From the NCBI GenBank assembly GCA_964016885.1, contig OZ024754.1, positions 9,114,001 through 9,178,000 on the forward strand: a stretch of 64,000 nt of DNA. Direction: 5' to 3'. The notes under the pieces were generated by a model. It was not told the origin of the DNA and did no database searches. It worked only from the letters and a program-made list of their open reading frames with translations. Shown here in pieces: positions 27,122 to 36,818 of this stretch (positions are counted from its first letter, which is position 1; each line of letters begins with the position of its first letter). The DNA comes from Eledone cirrhosa. Taxonomy: Eukaryota. Position numbers and translations under genes: made by a program.

Positions 27122-27196
<75 letters not shown>
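26609..27196. repeat. (TA)n/(CA)n compound microsatellite
   Basis: Seen directly. Confidence 0.95.
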
Positions 27197-27197
<1 letters not shown>

Positions 27198-27380
27198 TTA
27201 TCCCAGGTTCAATCGGGGGTAACCACAGTAAGTAAGGTACTCAATACATAGCAGAGTATAAAGATTTAATATAGAAATGGCTTCTACAGGACTAGAACTG
27301 TTTCATTCGAAGGAAATCATCAGGGCTTTCCTGATGATTTCCTTCGAATGAAACAGTCCTAGTCCTGTAGAAGCCATTTC

Positions 27381-27386
<6 letters not shown>
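27197..27386. mobile_element. Fold-back hammerhead-bearing element, family A
   Basis: Near-identical to 12600-12795; plus-strand hammerhead ggctttc-CTGATGA..GAAA-cag..ctg-TA-gaagcc at 27324-27375. Confidence 0.8.
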
Positions 27387-27425
<39 letters not shown>

Positions 27426-27873
27426 TACAATATTAAATAAATGGAAAACTATATTTATAAAACCATATTTATTTCATTATATATATTTCGGGGATATCAT
27501 ATTAACAATATGCTATGCCTTCATCAGACAAAATACAATATAAACAGTTTTATAGATAAATATATTCGACATACCGTAATAAACATCAACTTCATTTGAA
27601 GAGGTTTACTCTAGCAGTGAAGTTGATGTTTATTACGGTATGTCGAATATATTTATCTATAAAACTGTTTATATTGTATTTTGTCTGATGAAGGCATAGC
27701 ATATTGTTAATATGATATCCCCGAAATATATATAATGAAATAAATATGGTTTTATAAATATAGTTTTCCATTTATTTAATATTGTAAATATACTCCAAGT
27801 ATTTGTCGAGTGCTTTTATATCAGTTATAAATATTTACTAGTTGTAACCCAACAATTTTAAATATAACTTTAC
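27426..27873. mobile_element. Long fold-back element family B (inverted arms ~27426-27594 / 27618-27786) with a hammerhead-like core
   Basis: ~170-bp essentially perfect inverted repeat with a ~24-bp spacer; each arm holds CTGATGA-long stem II-GAAA. Confidence 0.75.
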
Positions 27874-27897
27874 ATGTATATATAAATATATATATAA

Positions 27898-27941
<44 letters not shown>

Positions 27942-28167
27942 TTTAAAGCGCCTTGTCACTATCTGGAAGATATGGGGTTCGATTTCTTATAGCTGCCGAT
28001 GGCAACTTTTTTTCCGTCTTTTAGGGTCTTCGCCCTATTTTAAACTGGTAAAATCCTGATATCTCCATCTCTGTAATATATATATATATATGAAAAAAAA
28101 GGAAAAGAATGATTTAATATTATAATATTATGAGTTGGTACATCCAATATATATATATTTATATTTA

Positions 28168-28282
<115 letters not shown>

Positions 28283-28283
28283 T

Positions 28284-28354
<71 letters not shown>

Positions 28355-28358
28355 ATAT

Positions 28359-28487
28359 ATATTCATTAGTTAAGCAAAGCAAGACCTCAAAATTCACATG
28401 GAAGACGTTAGTTAAAGCATAGCTATGCTTTAACTAACGTCTTCCATGTGAATTTTTGAGTTCTTGCTTTGCTTAACTAATGAATAT
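28359..28487. repeat. Loop-less ~128-bp palindrome
   Basis: Centre gcatag|ctatgc at 28422/28423; the arms differ by one substitution and one indel. Confidence 0.92.
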
Positions 28488-28665
28488 TTCCAGCTCTGTG
28501 CACCTAATCTCTGCATGAACCCAGTTCTCTAGCTGCCTCCCACTGCATACTGCACATCGAGTACATGCCTTTACGCTTTTGGCTTCTAACACCTTCACCA
28601 ATCTCTCTTCCCCTCTCTTATCTTCTCTCTCTCTTTAAGATTGGTTCACTCTCGAACTGTGTGTG

Positions 28666-28709
<44 letters not shown>

Positions 28710-28795
28710 TTATTAAAATAACAGATTAAAGTTTAAGCAAAGAATCGCTGCTTTACGGTTCTTATATATTTGATATATATTTATCCTTATCGAGC

Positions 28796-28830
28796 CCTCT
28801 TTGGATTTTAGTCTTCAAATTTATTATTAT

Positions 28831-28868
<38 letters not shown>

Positions 28869-28903
28869 ATAATAATAAATTTGAAGACTAAAATCCAAAG
28901 AGG
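28796..28903. repeat. Inverted repeat centred on (TA)n
   Basis: cctctttggattttagtcttcaaatttattattattac-(TA)n-gtaataataataaatttgaagactaaaatccaaagagg. Confidence 0.92.
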
Positions 28904-28904
28904 T

Positions 28905-29859
28905 AACCTTGAACTATTTTACATCTTAAAATCCAAAAATAAATTACTAAATGACAGAATCGAACGATCATTATACTGCAACCACAAACTGAAGGCTAAA
29001 TTCTCTCACTATAAAATAACTTAACATTCGAACCCGGAACTATAACATTGCTTTCTAGCTAACTACTTTCTCTCAATAACAACTTCTTAACTATATCCAC
29101 CACACTACAAGACCCTGCTTATCACTATAAATGGATACTTAATGCAATTTGTAGATTACTACTATGAACTCAATGTACACCCACCCTATAGCTTTCGTCT
29201 GTCCCTTCTCTATCTCTCCATCCCCTCTCTATCTCTCCCTCTCTATCCATTTCCCCCCCCTCTCTCTCTCTCTCTCTCCCTAGGTCCACCTCCCTCCTTC
29301 TCCACATCTATGAACCTGCCCTCTGTGGCAATAAATAATTTCAACCTTGACTATCAACGCATCGCTTAAGGTTGTCGCTTTAAGAGTAACCAGTATAATA
29401 AAACCCCTACCACAACATTTTGATTAAGATATCTACAAACCACTCTCTCCCATTTCTCCAATCCCTGCATATCTCTCTCTCCTCTTCTTTCTCTCTTCCT
29501 TTTCTACTCTATCTTCCCCAATAACCTCACTTAAGGGTATTTACATTGTACATTTTAACCATTCTGCTCTGATGATACAGTGGTCACAGCATTTGATAAT
29601 TGAGTTTTGCAAATAGTTATAAATTTGCACATAGCATAACTAGGCTGTATAACCACCATGGAAACATTTGTAAGCACACAGAATAAATTACCTTTTTATG
29701 ATGTCTACCTGTTATTATTCATTCTTTATCTACACTCCGGAATACAGAAGGATCAGGAACTAAGTTTCTTCAACTATTCTTCCATAACTCGTTGAGTAAC
29801 CTCTCACCGTACGTCAACTCTATCCAGTGTAGTAATTAACCATTACTGCATCCAGGATA

Positions 29860-29860
<1 letters not shown>
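28905..29860 (+). mobile_element. Probable Penelope-like element 3' end: ORF C-terminus, UTR and hammerhead
   Basis: 28905-29024 reads NLELFYILKSKNKLLNDRIERSLYCNHKLKAKFSHYKIT*, resembling the E..I..LLN.R.E...C.H terminus of PLE GIY-YIG endonucleases; a hammerhead lies downstream on the same strand. Confidence 0.5.
29561..29684 (+). ncRNA. Type I hammerhead ribozyme motif with extended stem II
   Basis: tgct-CTGATGA-taca.gtggt.c.acagc...gctgt.ata.accac.catg-GAAA-c.attt.g-TA-agca; also attctg/cagaat. Confidence 0.65.
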
Positions 29861-29899
<39 letters not shown>

Positions 29900-29975
29900 T
29901 AAAAAACAAAAAATAAAAACGAAGAGTGCAGTACAAACAGTGTTGGTATTAGGTTCACGCTTGTGAGTGGGAGTG

Positions 29976-30012
29976 GGGGACGACGTTTCAGGCATAAGCC
30001 CTTCGTCAGCAG
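29976..30012 (-). ncRNA. Minimal hammerhead-like motif (stem I not evident)
   Basis: Minus strand CTGACGA-a-gggc-ttat-gcct-GAAACGTC. Confidence 0.45.
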
Positions 30013-30128
30013 AAAAGTGGGAAGGAAAAGAGTTCCGAGGGTGTGAGGAGGAGTGGTGGAAAGTCATTAAAAGGGATATATACATATATATCCGCCCGTC
30101 TCCTTAATCTATTTTATTTCTCATTCTT

Positions 30129-30164
30129 TCTTCTGGTGAAGGACTAGCGTCCGAAACGTTAAGA
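30129..30164 (+). ncRNA. Minimal hammerhead-like motif with one core substitution
   Basis: tctt-CTGgTGA-a-ggac-tagc-gtcc-GAAA-cg-TT-aaga; palindromic AACGTT suits a dimeric fold. Confidence 0.5.
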
Positions 30165-30272
30165 CCCTCTTCCTGCTATATCAAGCGTTAACCTAATATA
30201 TACCTTCCATATATGGCACCGATTGTGTTGTTATTTCTGTTTACCTTTTACATACATACATACATATATATA

Positions 30273-30485
30273 CTGTATCGGTAGAGCGTCGGACACCATG
30301 CTTTGCAGCATAGATTTACGGCCCTTTACGTCCTGAGTTCAAATCCCGCCGAAGTTAGCATTGCCTTTCCTCCTTACGGAGTCGATAAAATAAAGTACCA
30401 GTAACGCAATGGGGTCGCTTTAATCGACTTTCCCCCTTCCATGCAAATTGCTGGCCTTGCGCCTAAATTAGAAACCATTATTATT
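30273..30485 (+). mobile_element. tRNA-derived SINE
   Basis: B box GAGTTCAAATCC, core and tail. Confidence 0.88.
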
Positions 30486-30907
30486 ATCAGCAGCATCAAC
30501 AATATTCGTAATAGCAGTGACGGTAATGTTAGAATATCTTAGACGAAACACAAACCTATTTAATTAATTTTTCACCAATATAATTTGCTTTTTTTTAATT
30601 AATAGTTTTGTAGCATATTTTTTTAAAAATCTTGTTTTATTTTTTAGTCATTAATCATCAACAACAACGACGATGATGACAATTACTAAATCATGTTTGT
30701 GATTAAAGATAATAAATATCTAAGCTATTTGTAAATATTTGTTAAATAAATAACTCTAACTTTACTACAAAAGCCGATGATATTTTTAGGAAAATGTAGA
30801 TAATCAACTAAAAACAAAAACAACAACAAAAAATAACAAAACAAACAAACCTTTGAATGCTTCAATTCCAACAATCGAGGAAACAAACCAATTTCCAAGT
30901 GCTTACC

Positions 30908-31581
30908 AATGTGTTCAAACATGGAAGAGCCGAACTCCCACTGCCATCGCCTCCATGTCTCTCGTCATCCCCATCTCTCTGTATTATGAGAAAATGGGGT
31001 CCCACGTGCTGGCCACCCCAACAGCTCCGGCGGACAGAATGGAGAAGGCGTTTCCCCCGAGGGAGGGTAAGGGAGATGCGTTGGAAGAGCCATTCCACCT
31101 CGCGAGGCTCACACCTGCGGCTGGTCAGCTGAGCGCCTATGGTGGTGAGTAGGGAGGTAGCCTTAGGGCCAAGGGCACCAGAAGTCTTCACTGCCAAGGG
31201 CACGACCGCAAACCTGTCGGAGAGCGACCGGTACTTGGAGAGTTTGCTCTCCTCAGCCCGAAGTGCAGCAGAACCTAGATTAGTCGCAGACTGCACCCGG
31301 TTGCGGCTGGAGAAAGTGTCGCTGCAAGTGGCATCTCAGACGAGGGGATTGCCACCGCGGAACAGGAAGATGGTGATACCGTCTGGCCTTTTGCCGTTCC
31401 CTCGGTCCAGCCCCACCGGCTCGAGCTGAGAAGGGAAGCCTGCAGCATCTAAGCCATGCTTTATGACCTCGTAGAGGGCAGCATGGCGTGGAAGGCGGCC
31501 GGCACTGTGGCAACAGGAAAGAGGGTGGAGACCGAAAGACTCCACGGTGGATCCGCAGCGACATTTGTGTGGCTCGCAGAT
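30908..31581 (-). mobile_element. CRE-like RLE non-LTR retrotransposon, 3' fragment
   Basis: C-x-CG..H..SC zinc knuckle, RHAAL, KRPDG and KLSKY..VPLAVKTSG..WLFQRIS motifs across ORFs 31336-31584 and 30862-31296. Confidence 0.85.
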
Positions 31582-31794
31582 CAATTAAAGATGGTGAATT
31601 GGCAGAGTTTTTAGAACGCTGGGTGGAATCTTTTGCGATATTCGTTCCAGCTCTTTGCTCTCTGAGTTCAAATATCACTCAGGTTAACTTTACTTTCATC
31701 CTTTCGTTTCGAGGTCGGTAGAAATATACCAGTCCAGTACTGGGATCAATTTTTCCCTCTATATCTCTCCTCTTTGCCGAGAAGAAACCAGCTG

Positions 31795-31973
31795 CAGACC
31801 TGTCAACTCTCCCCGTCCGACGGAAAGACCTCCCCGTTTCGGCCCATTTCTCCCCGTTTTTCTGAAAATGGGTATACTTTCATTATGTAAAATCTCCCCA
31901 TTTTGCCTCATTTCTCTCCATTTTGGGGCACTTTTTTTCATGGTATTCCTCGTTTGAGCGGTTGGCAGGGCTG
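31795..31973. mobile_element. Short DNA-transposon MITE (hAT/P-like termini)
   Basis: cagacctgtcaac ... gttggcagggctg (11/13 inverted match), with cagctg on both flanks and tandem ctccccgt subterminal motifs. Confidence 0.55.
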
Positions 31974-32934
31974 CAGCTGTGTTCAAACCTGGAAAGGGGA
32001 AGGACTTTGTCAGTTTTAAATTGCTCAAGACACATCGTATGCCACTACGGCACCCCTACGAATCCATCAAGAGTTACGGGTACTTACTTAGTCAACTAAA
32101 TCAACGTCAGTACTACTTGACTGGTACTTTGGTTTATCGTTCTCTAAATATAGTGAGTGGAAAAACCTTCAATCAACTGACACTATCCAGCAATTGTAAA
32201 ACTAAAATTTCTTTGTGGAGTTTCAAATACTGAAAAGCACACAAATGAGAGAACCTTTGCAATCAGAGTTGATCTAAATTTTGGGAACATTTTTAGATAA
32301 TGTGGTGCGTGTGGGGCTTGTATGAAAACTATGGACATGTTTCGATTTTGCTAGAAATTCTATTGAACAAGTTTGCTTGACTAGAGTGAAAAACTGATTT
32401 TGAATGTTAGATCTTTCAAATTTAAAAGGTTAACTTTGCCTTTCATCCTTTCGGGGTCGATAAAATAAAGTACCAGTAATGCACTGGAGTAATTGCTGGC
32501 CTTGTGCCAAAAGAAGAAACAATTATATTTCTTGTCGTACATGTTTAAAAACGTGAGAATGAGCTCGTGAGAAGCGTCGAAAAATAGTTCGAGGTTTATG
32601 AAAGTAACAGCACAAAAGAGATATTTCGATTTGAAACCGAGACCTTGTCTTTTACCGGTGAAAAAGTAAATCCAATGATTTTGTTCATGTTAAATGACAT
32701 CTTTTTTTTTTCTCACGGATTTCAATATTTTCACGAGCACTCATACACATATAAATATAGGTAAGTAGATAAACGACCACTAGGGGGGTAATTTATAGGT
32801 AGTGGAACAGAATTCTGACAGAAACCAAAAGAGAATACTGGGCTGTAACATTTGACAGATCCGAAAACTTCGTTATATAGCAAAACAAACAAACTGGGAG
32901 ACGTGGAAATTTCGGGAACAAAGACATTATCACA

Positions 32935-35900
32935 ATGAAAGCAGTAAATATAAATCCTAAGAAATGCTTTAGTGTTAATGTGTACACACTGGATAACACA
33001 TGCTTTGAAATTACAATATTACCTCAAACTAAGGGTCATGAATGTATGAGTTATGTTGCCGACAAACTCGGAATAAAAGACTCGAGATATTTTGGTTTTC
33101 GTCACATAAACAAAGACATGCTACTTGAATGGATCAATTTAAATAAACCGATGGGTAAACAACTCGCTGCTACAAGTCTTAAACGTCCTGTCATATATTT
33201 TGGAGTGATGTGTTATATTACACGTGCTTTTACAATAGAGGATAAAATTGCACGGTATGAATATTTCAAGCAGCTTCACGTTGATTATATATATGATCAA
33301 TATAAATGTTTACCAGAGAGAGCTATCAAGTTAGCTACGTATTACCTGAGGGTAACACAAGGTCCATATAATCGGCAAAAGCACACGTATTTAGCTATTC
33401 GCAGTCTGCAACTATTGCCACGTAGCATAACAAATAATGAAAGAATTGCGGAAAATGTCACAGAAATGATATTTTTGGAATATCAACAAATTAATATGTC
33501 TTCTGAAACGTGTGCAACACTTTATATCATGGAATTTGAACGTGGGACAGATTATGGTATGGAATGCCATTCCGATGCTTTTTACAAAACTGGAGAGGCT
33601 GTGCATCTAATAACATCCCCTAAAGGGATTTTGGTTAAATATTTAACGTCACCTATGGCAATGCTCTTTAAGTGGACAGATATTACTGCTATGAAACGAT
33701 CTGGAAAGACAAGTGTTTTTATCGGAAATAAATCTGGTGCCACACATTTTCGATTGATTGGCAAAAAAAAAGCGGACTATTTTTTCCGAATGGCTGCACT
33801 TTTGTACAGATTTTATGAAGATATACAATTCCGCTGCGAAACATCGGAAGAAAGTGGTGGAATTGATGACAACAAAAGTTACTCATTCTTGTTATCAAGC
33901 AGTCCATCTTACACACTGAGAATTATTATGCGTCTCCAAAGGTCATTGACTGTTATTCCTGACACCATTACCTTTTATCAAGATGATGACACTGGAAAGC
34001 CCTTCCACTTAAAAACATCATTTCAAGAGCTAACGGCTTCCACTACACAGGAGCCAACTGCTTCCCCTCGTTTGACACAAGAGAACGTTAGTTCAGTGCA
34101 GGTTCTCCCTAAAAAAAGCGATATATTAGATATCAAAATAGATTCGCAACACATAGATACCGCTGCTGCTGAGGAGGTTTTTAAGAAAGAGATATTTCAT
34201 GATTCACCAAAGATAAAATATGAACACAGGTTACGTGAAATAAGTACCCAAACATCCTTTCGCTTGAGTTCTATGATTGATGATCGATTCAAAAGCTACA
34301 AGAAGGCTTTTCCGACGAATTTATTTTCTCAAACTATAGGGAATATGATTCAATATCTAGACGACTTTAAACAGGAATCTAAACAACTAGCTGCGGCGGA
34401 ATTTTCTGATATGCCACCAATAAAGGCCCCCGATTTTCATGAGAGTAAACTCCCAACAACTTCACAACAATCAACATATAAAGAACCGATAAGAAAACCC
34501 GATGTTCCTCAGAGTAAACTCCCTACAACTCCACAACAGTCAACATCTAAAGAACCCATAAGAAAACCCGATATTCATGAGAGTAAATTCTCTACAACCC
34601 CACAACAGCCGACATTCCAAGAACCCATAAGAAAACTCGATATTCACGAGAGTAACTTCTTTAGAACTCCACAACGGCCGGTATTCAAAAAACCCATAAG
34701 CAAACCCAATGTTCATGAGAGTAAATTCTCTAGAACTCCACAACAGCCGACATTCCAAGAACCCATAAGAAAACTCGATATTCATGAGAGTAAATTCTCT
34801 ACAACCCCACAACAGCCGGATTTCAAAGCACCTATAAGAAAACTCGATATCCATGAGAGTAAATTCTCTAGAACTCCACAACGGCCGGTATTCAAAGAAC
34901 CCATAAGAAAACACAATCTTCCTCAGAGTAAATTCCCTACAACTCCACAACAACCAACATCTAAAGAACCCATAAGAAAACCCGATGTTCCTGAAAGTAA
35001 ACTCCCTACAACTCCACAACAACCAACATCTAAAGAACCCATAAGAAAACCCGATATTCTTGAAAGTAAACTCCCTACAACTCCACAACAATCAACATCT
35101 AAAGAACCCATAAGAAAACCCGATGTTCCTGAAAGTAAACTCCCTACAACTCCACAACAACCAACATCTAAAGAACCCATAAGAAAACCCGATATTCTTG
35201 AAAGTAAACTCCCTACAACTCCACAACAACCAACATCTAAAGAACCCATAAGAAAACCCGATATTCTTGAAAGTAAACTCCCTACAACTCCACAACAATC
35301 AACATCTAAAGAACCCATAAGAAAACCCGATATTCTTGAAAGTAAACTCCCTACAACTCCACAACAACCAACATCTAAAGAACCCATAAAAAAACCCGAT
35401 ATTCTTGAAAGTAAACTCCCTACAACTCCACAACAACCAACATCTAAAGAACCCATAAGAAAACCCGATGTTCCTGAAAGTAAACTCCCTACAGCTCCAC
35501 AACAATCAACATCTAAAAAACCCATAAGAAAACCCGATGTTCATGGGAGTAAACTCCCTACAACTCCACAACAGTCAAAATCTAAAGAACCCGTTAGTGA
35601 AACGGATACTACTTCAGTTCATTCTAAACCACAGCTGCCCCAAAGTGAATATTCGAAAGGAGCTATTCCCAAATATTGGAAAGGATCAGATGTGCCTACT
35701 GGTGAGACTAACGTGGTGGAACATTCGGAAGCAACAAAAAACAGGCTAAAGAAATATAATTTACAGCTTAGATTACGGGAAGGGTATGTTTACGTAGAGT
35801 TTCAGAGAGTTGGTTTAAAAGGTGTACAAAAGCCTTGTACTGTTGGCTGTCAGTTTGGTAACCTTCGTAGAAACCGCTGTTTAACTGTTATACCTTATGA

Positions 35901-36645
35901 TGAAAATCGTGTAAAACTATCGGAAAGCCTTAGCAATTCTTCTGGTTATATAAATGCATCTCACATAAAATGGAAACGTGATGACATTCAACTAAACTTC
36001 ATTGCAGCTGAAGCACCACTTGAAAATACAGTCGAAGACTTTTGGCAAATGATTGGGGAGCAAAAGGTTTCTCTTATAATTATGTTAAATTCTGTAGATG
36101 GCGAAGATAGAGCTGGTTGTTACCGGTATTGGCCCCGACAGGGGGAACTTGGCCATAAATTTCAGTTTGCATCGCGTAAAATTATTTTTCATACTTCTAG
36201 AAAAACTACCGATTATACTTTAGATGCCCTGTCTATGGATGATAATTCCGGTAAACAACAAATAATAAGTAATCTTTCTTTTACTAAATGGTCTAAAGAC
36301 GACTGTCCGTGTGATATTCCTACTTTTACCAAATTTTTGGAAGCGATTGAATACCTACAAAAGATTTGGGGCAGTAAAACTACTGCTTCGTCTCCAGTTG
36401 TTGTTCTCTGTCACAATGGAGTTGGCCGTACTGGAGTCCTAATAATGTCGTTAATTACGAAGTGTTGTTTGATGCATAACATTGATGTAGATACGGAGGA
36501 TATACTTGCCTTCCTCCGTTCCAATAGGATGCACTTGGTTAGCATCCAACAACACTATAATTCTGTTTATGAAGTATTAATTTGTTATCTGAAAAGTTTA
36601 CATACTTTCACAAAAACCTATGTTATTGGTCCAGTTCAAATCTAA
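32935..36645 (+). CDS. Intronless FERM-domain protein tyrosine phosphatase-like protein, PTPN14/PTPN21 (Pez) family, copy 1 (1236 aa)
   Basis: N-terminal FERM (VYTLDN, YFGFR, EWINLNKP, YFGVMCY, DYGME, FKWTDI); 17x 23-aa repeat; PTP domain (PYDENRVKL, GYINASHI, DFWQMI, RYWP, LCHNGVGRTGVLI, LRSNRM); uninterrupted 3.7-kb ORF. Confidence 0.93.
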   Translation: MKAVNINPKKCFSVNVYTLDNTCFEITILPQTKGHECMSYVADKLGIKDSRYFGFRHINKDMLLEWINLNKPMGKQLAATSLKRPVIYFGVMCYITRAFTIEDKIARYEYFKQLHVDYIYDQYKCLPERAIKLATYYLRVTQGPYNRQKHTYLAIRSLQLLPRSITNNERIAENVTEMIFLEYQQINMSSETCATLYIMEFERGTDYGMECHSDAFYKTGEAVHLITSPKGILVKYLTSPMAMLFKWTDITAMKRSGKTSVFIGNKSGATHFRLIGKKKADYFFRMAALLYRFYEDIQFRCETSEESGGIDDNKSYSFLLSSSPSYTLRIIMRLQRSLTVIPDTITFYQDDDTGKPFHLKTSFQELTASTTQEPTASPRLTQENVSSVQVLPKKSDILDIKIDSQHIDTAAAEEVFKKEIFHDSPKIKYEHRLREISTQTSFRLSSMIDDRFKSYKKAFPTNLFSQTIGNMIQYLDDFKQESKQLAAAEFSDMPPIKAPDFHESKLPTTSQQSTYKEPIRKPDVPQSKLPTTPQQSTSKEPIRKPDIHESKFSTTPQQPTFQEPIRKLDIHESNFFRTPQRPVFKKPISKPNVHESKFSRTPQQPTFQEPIRKLDIHESKFSTTPQQPDFKAPIRKLDIHESKFSRTPQRPVFKEPIRKHNLPQSKFPTTPQQPTSKEPIRKPDVPESKLPTTPQQPTSKEPIRKPDILESKLPTTPQQSTSKEPIRKPDVPESKLPTTPQQPTSKEPIRKPDILESKLPTTPQQPTSKEPIRKPDILESKLPTTPQQSTSKEPIRKPDILESKLPTTPQQPTSKEPIKKPDILESKLPTTPQQPTSKEPIRKPDVPESKLPTAPQQSTSKKPIRKPDVHGSKLPTTPQQSKSKEPVSETDTTSVHSKPQLPQSEYSKGAIPKYWKGSDVPTGETNVVEHSEATKNRLKKYNLQLRLREGYVYVEFQRVGLKGVQKPCTVGCQFGNLRRNRCLTVIPYDENRVKLSESLSNSSGYINASHIKWKRDDIQLNFIAAEAPLENTVEDFWQMIGEQKVSLIIMLNSVDGEDRAGCYRYWPRQGELGHKFQFASRKIIFHTSRKTTDYTLDALSMDDNSGKQQIISNLSFTKWSKDDCPCDIPTFTKFLEAIEYLQKIWGSKTTASSPVVVLCHNGVGRTGVLIMSLITKCCLMHNIDVDTEDILAFLRSNRMHLVSIQQHYNSVYEVLICYLKSLHTFTKTYVIGPVQI
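34429..35601 (+). repeat. Coding minisatellite, 69 bp x17 (PDVPESKLPTTPQQPTSKEPIRK)
   Basis: Counted from the translation. Confidence 0.95.
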
Positions 36646-36721
36646 ATTAGCTTAAATTGTAATGTAATTTCAGACATCACTTTAACATGATTGAATGTTT
36701 TTGAAATATCTTTTTCTTTAT

Positions 36722-36769
36722 ATTAAACATTTTTCGAAATTCGTAATGAAATGGTTTTTATACTAAATC

Positions 36770-36803
<34 letters not shown>

Positions 36804-36818
36804 CTTTTTTTTTTTTTC
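36722..36818 (+). terminator. Candidate polyadenylation region of copy 1
   Basis: ATTAAA at 36722 and AATGAA at 36745, homologous to AATAAA in copies 2 and 3, then a T-rich tract. Confidence 0.45.

Noticed and set aside
32761-32858. Possible 5' UTR intron (AG|GTAAGT ... TTTGACAG)
   Set aside because: Weak polypyrimidine tract and no counterpart seen in copy 3; cannot be supported without transcripts
34540-35525. Antisense and alternative-frame ORFs over the PTP linkers (also 48422-49554) and 56473-57450
   Set aside because: Shadows of coding repeats or of a biased sense ORF
36773-36818. Poly(T) run as a retrogene poly(A) tail
   Set aside because: Wrong strand for the + strand gene; only ~13 T in copy 2, so a slippage expansion of the downstream T-rich element
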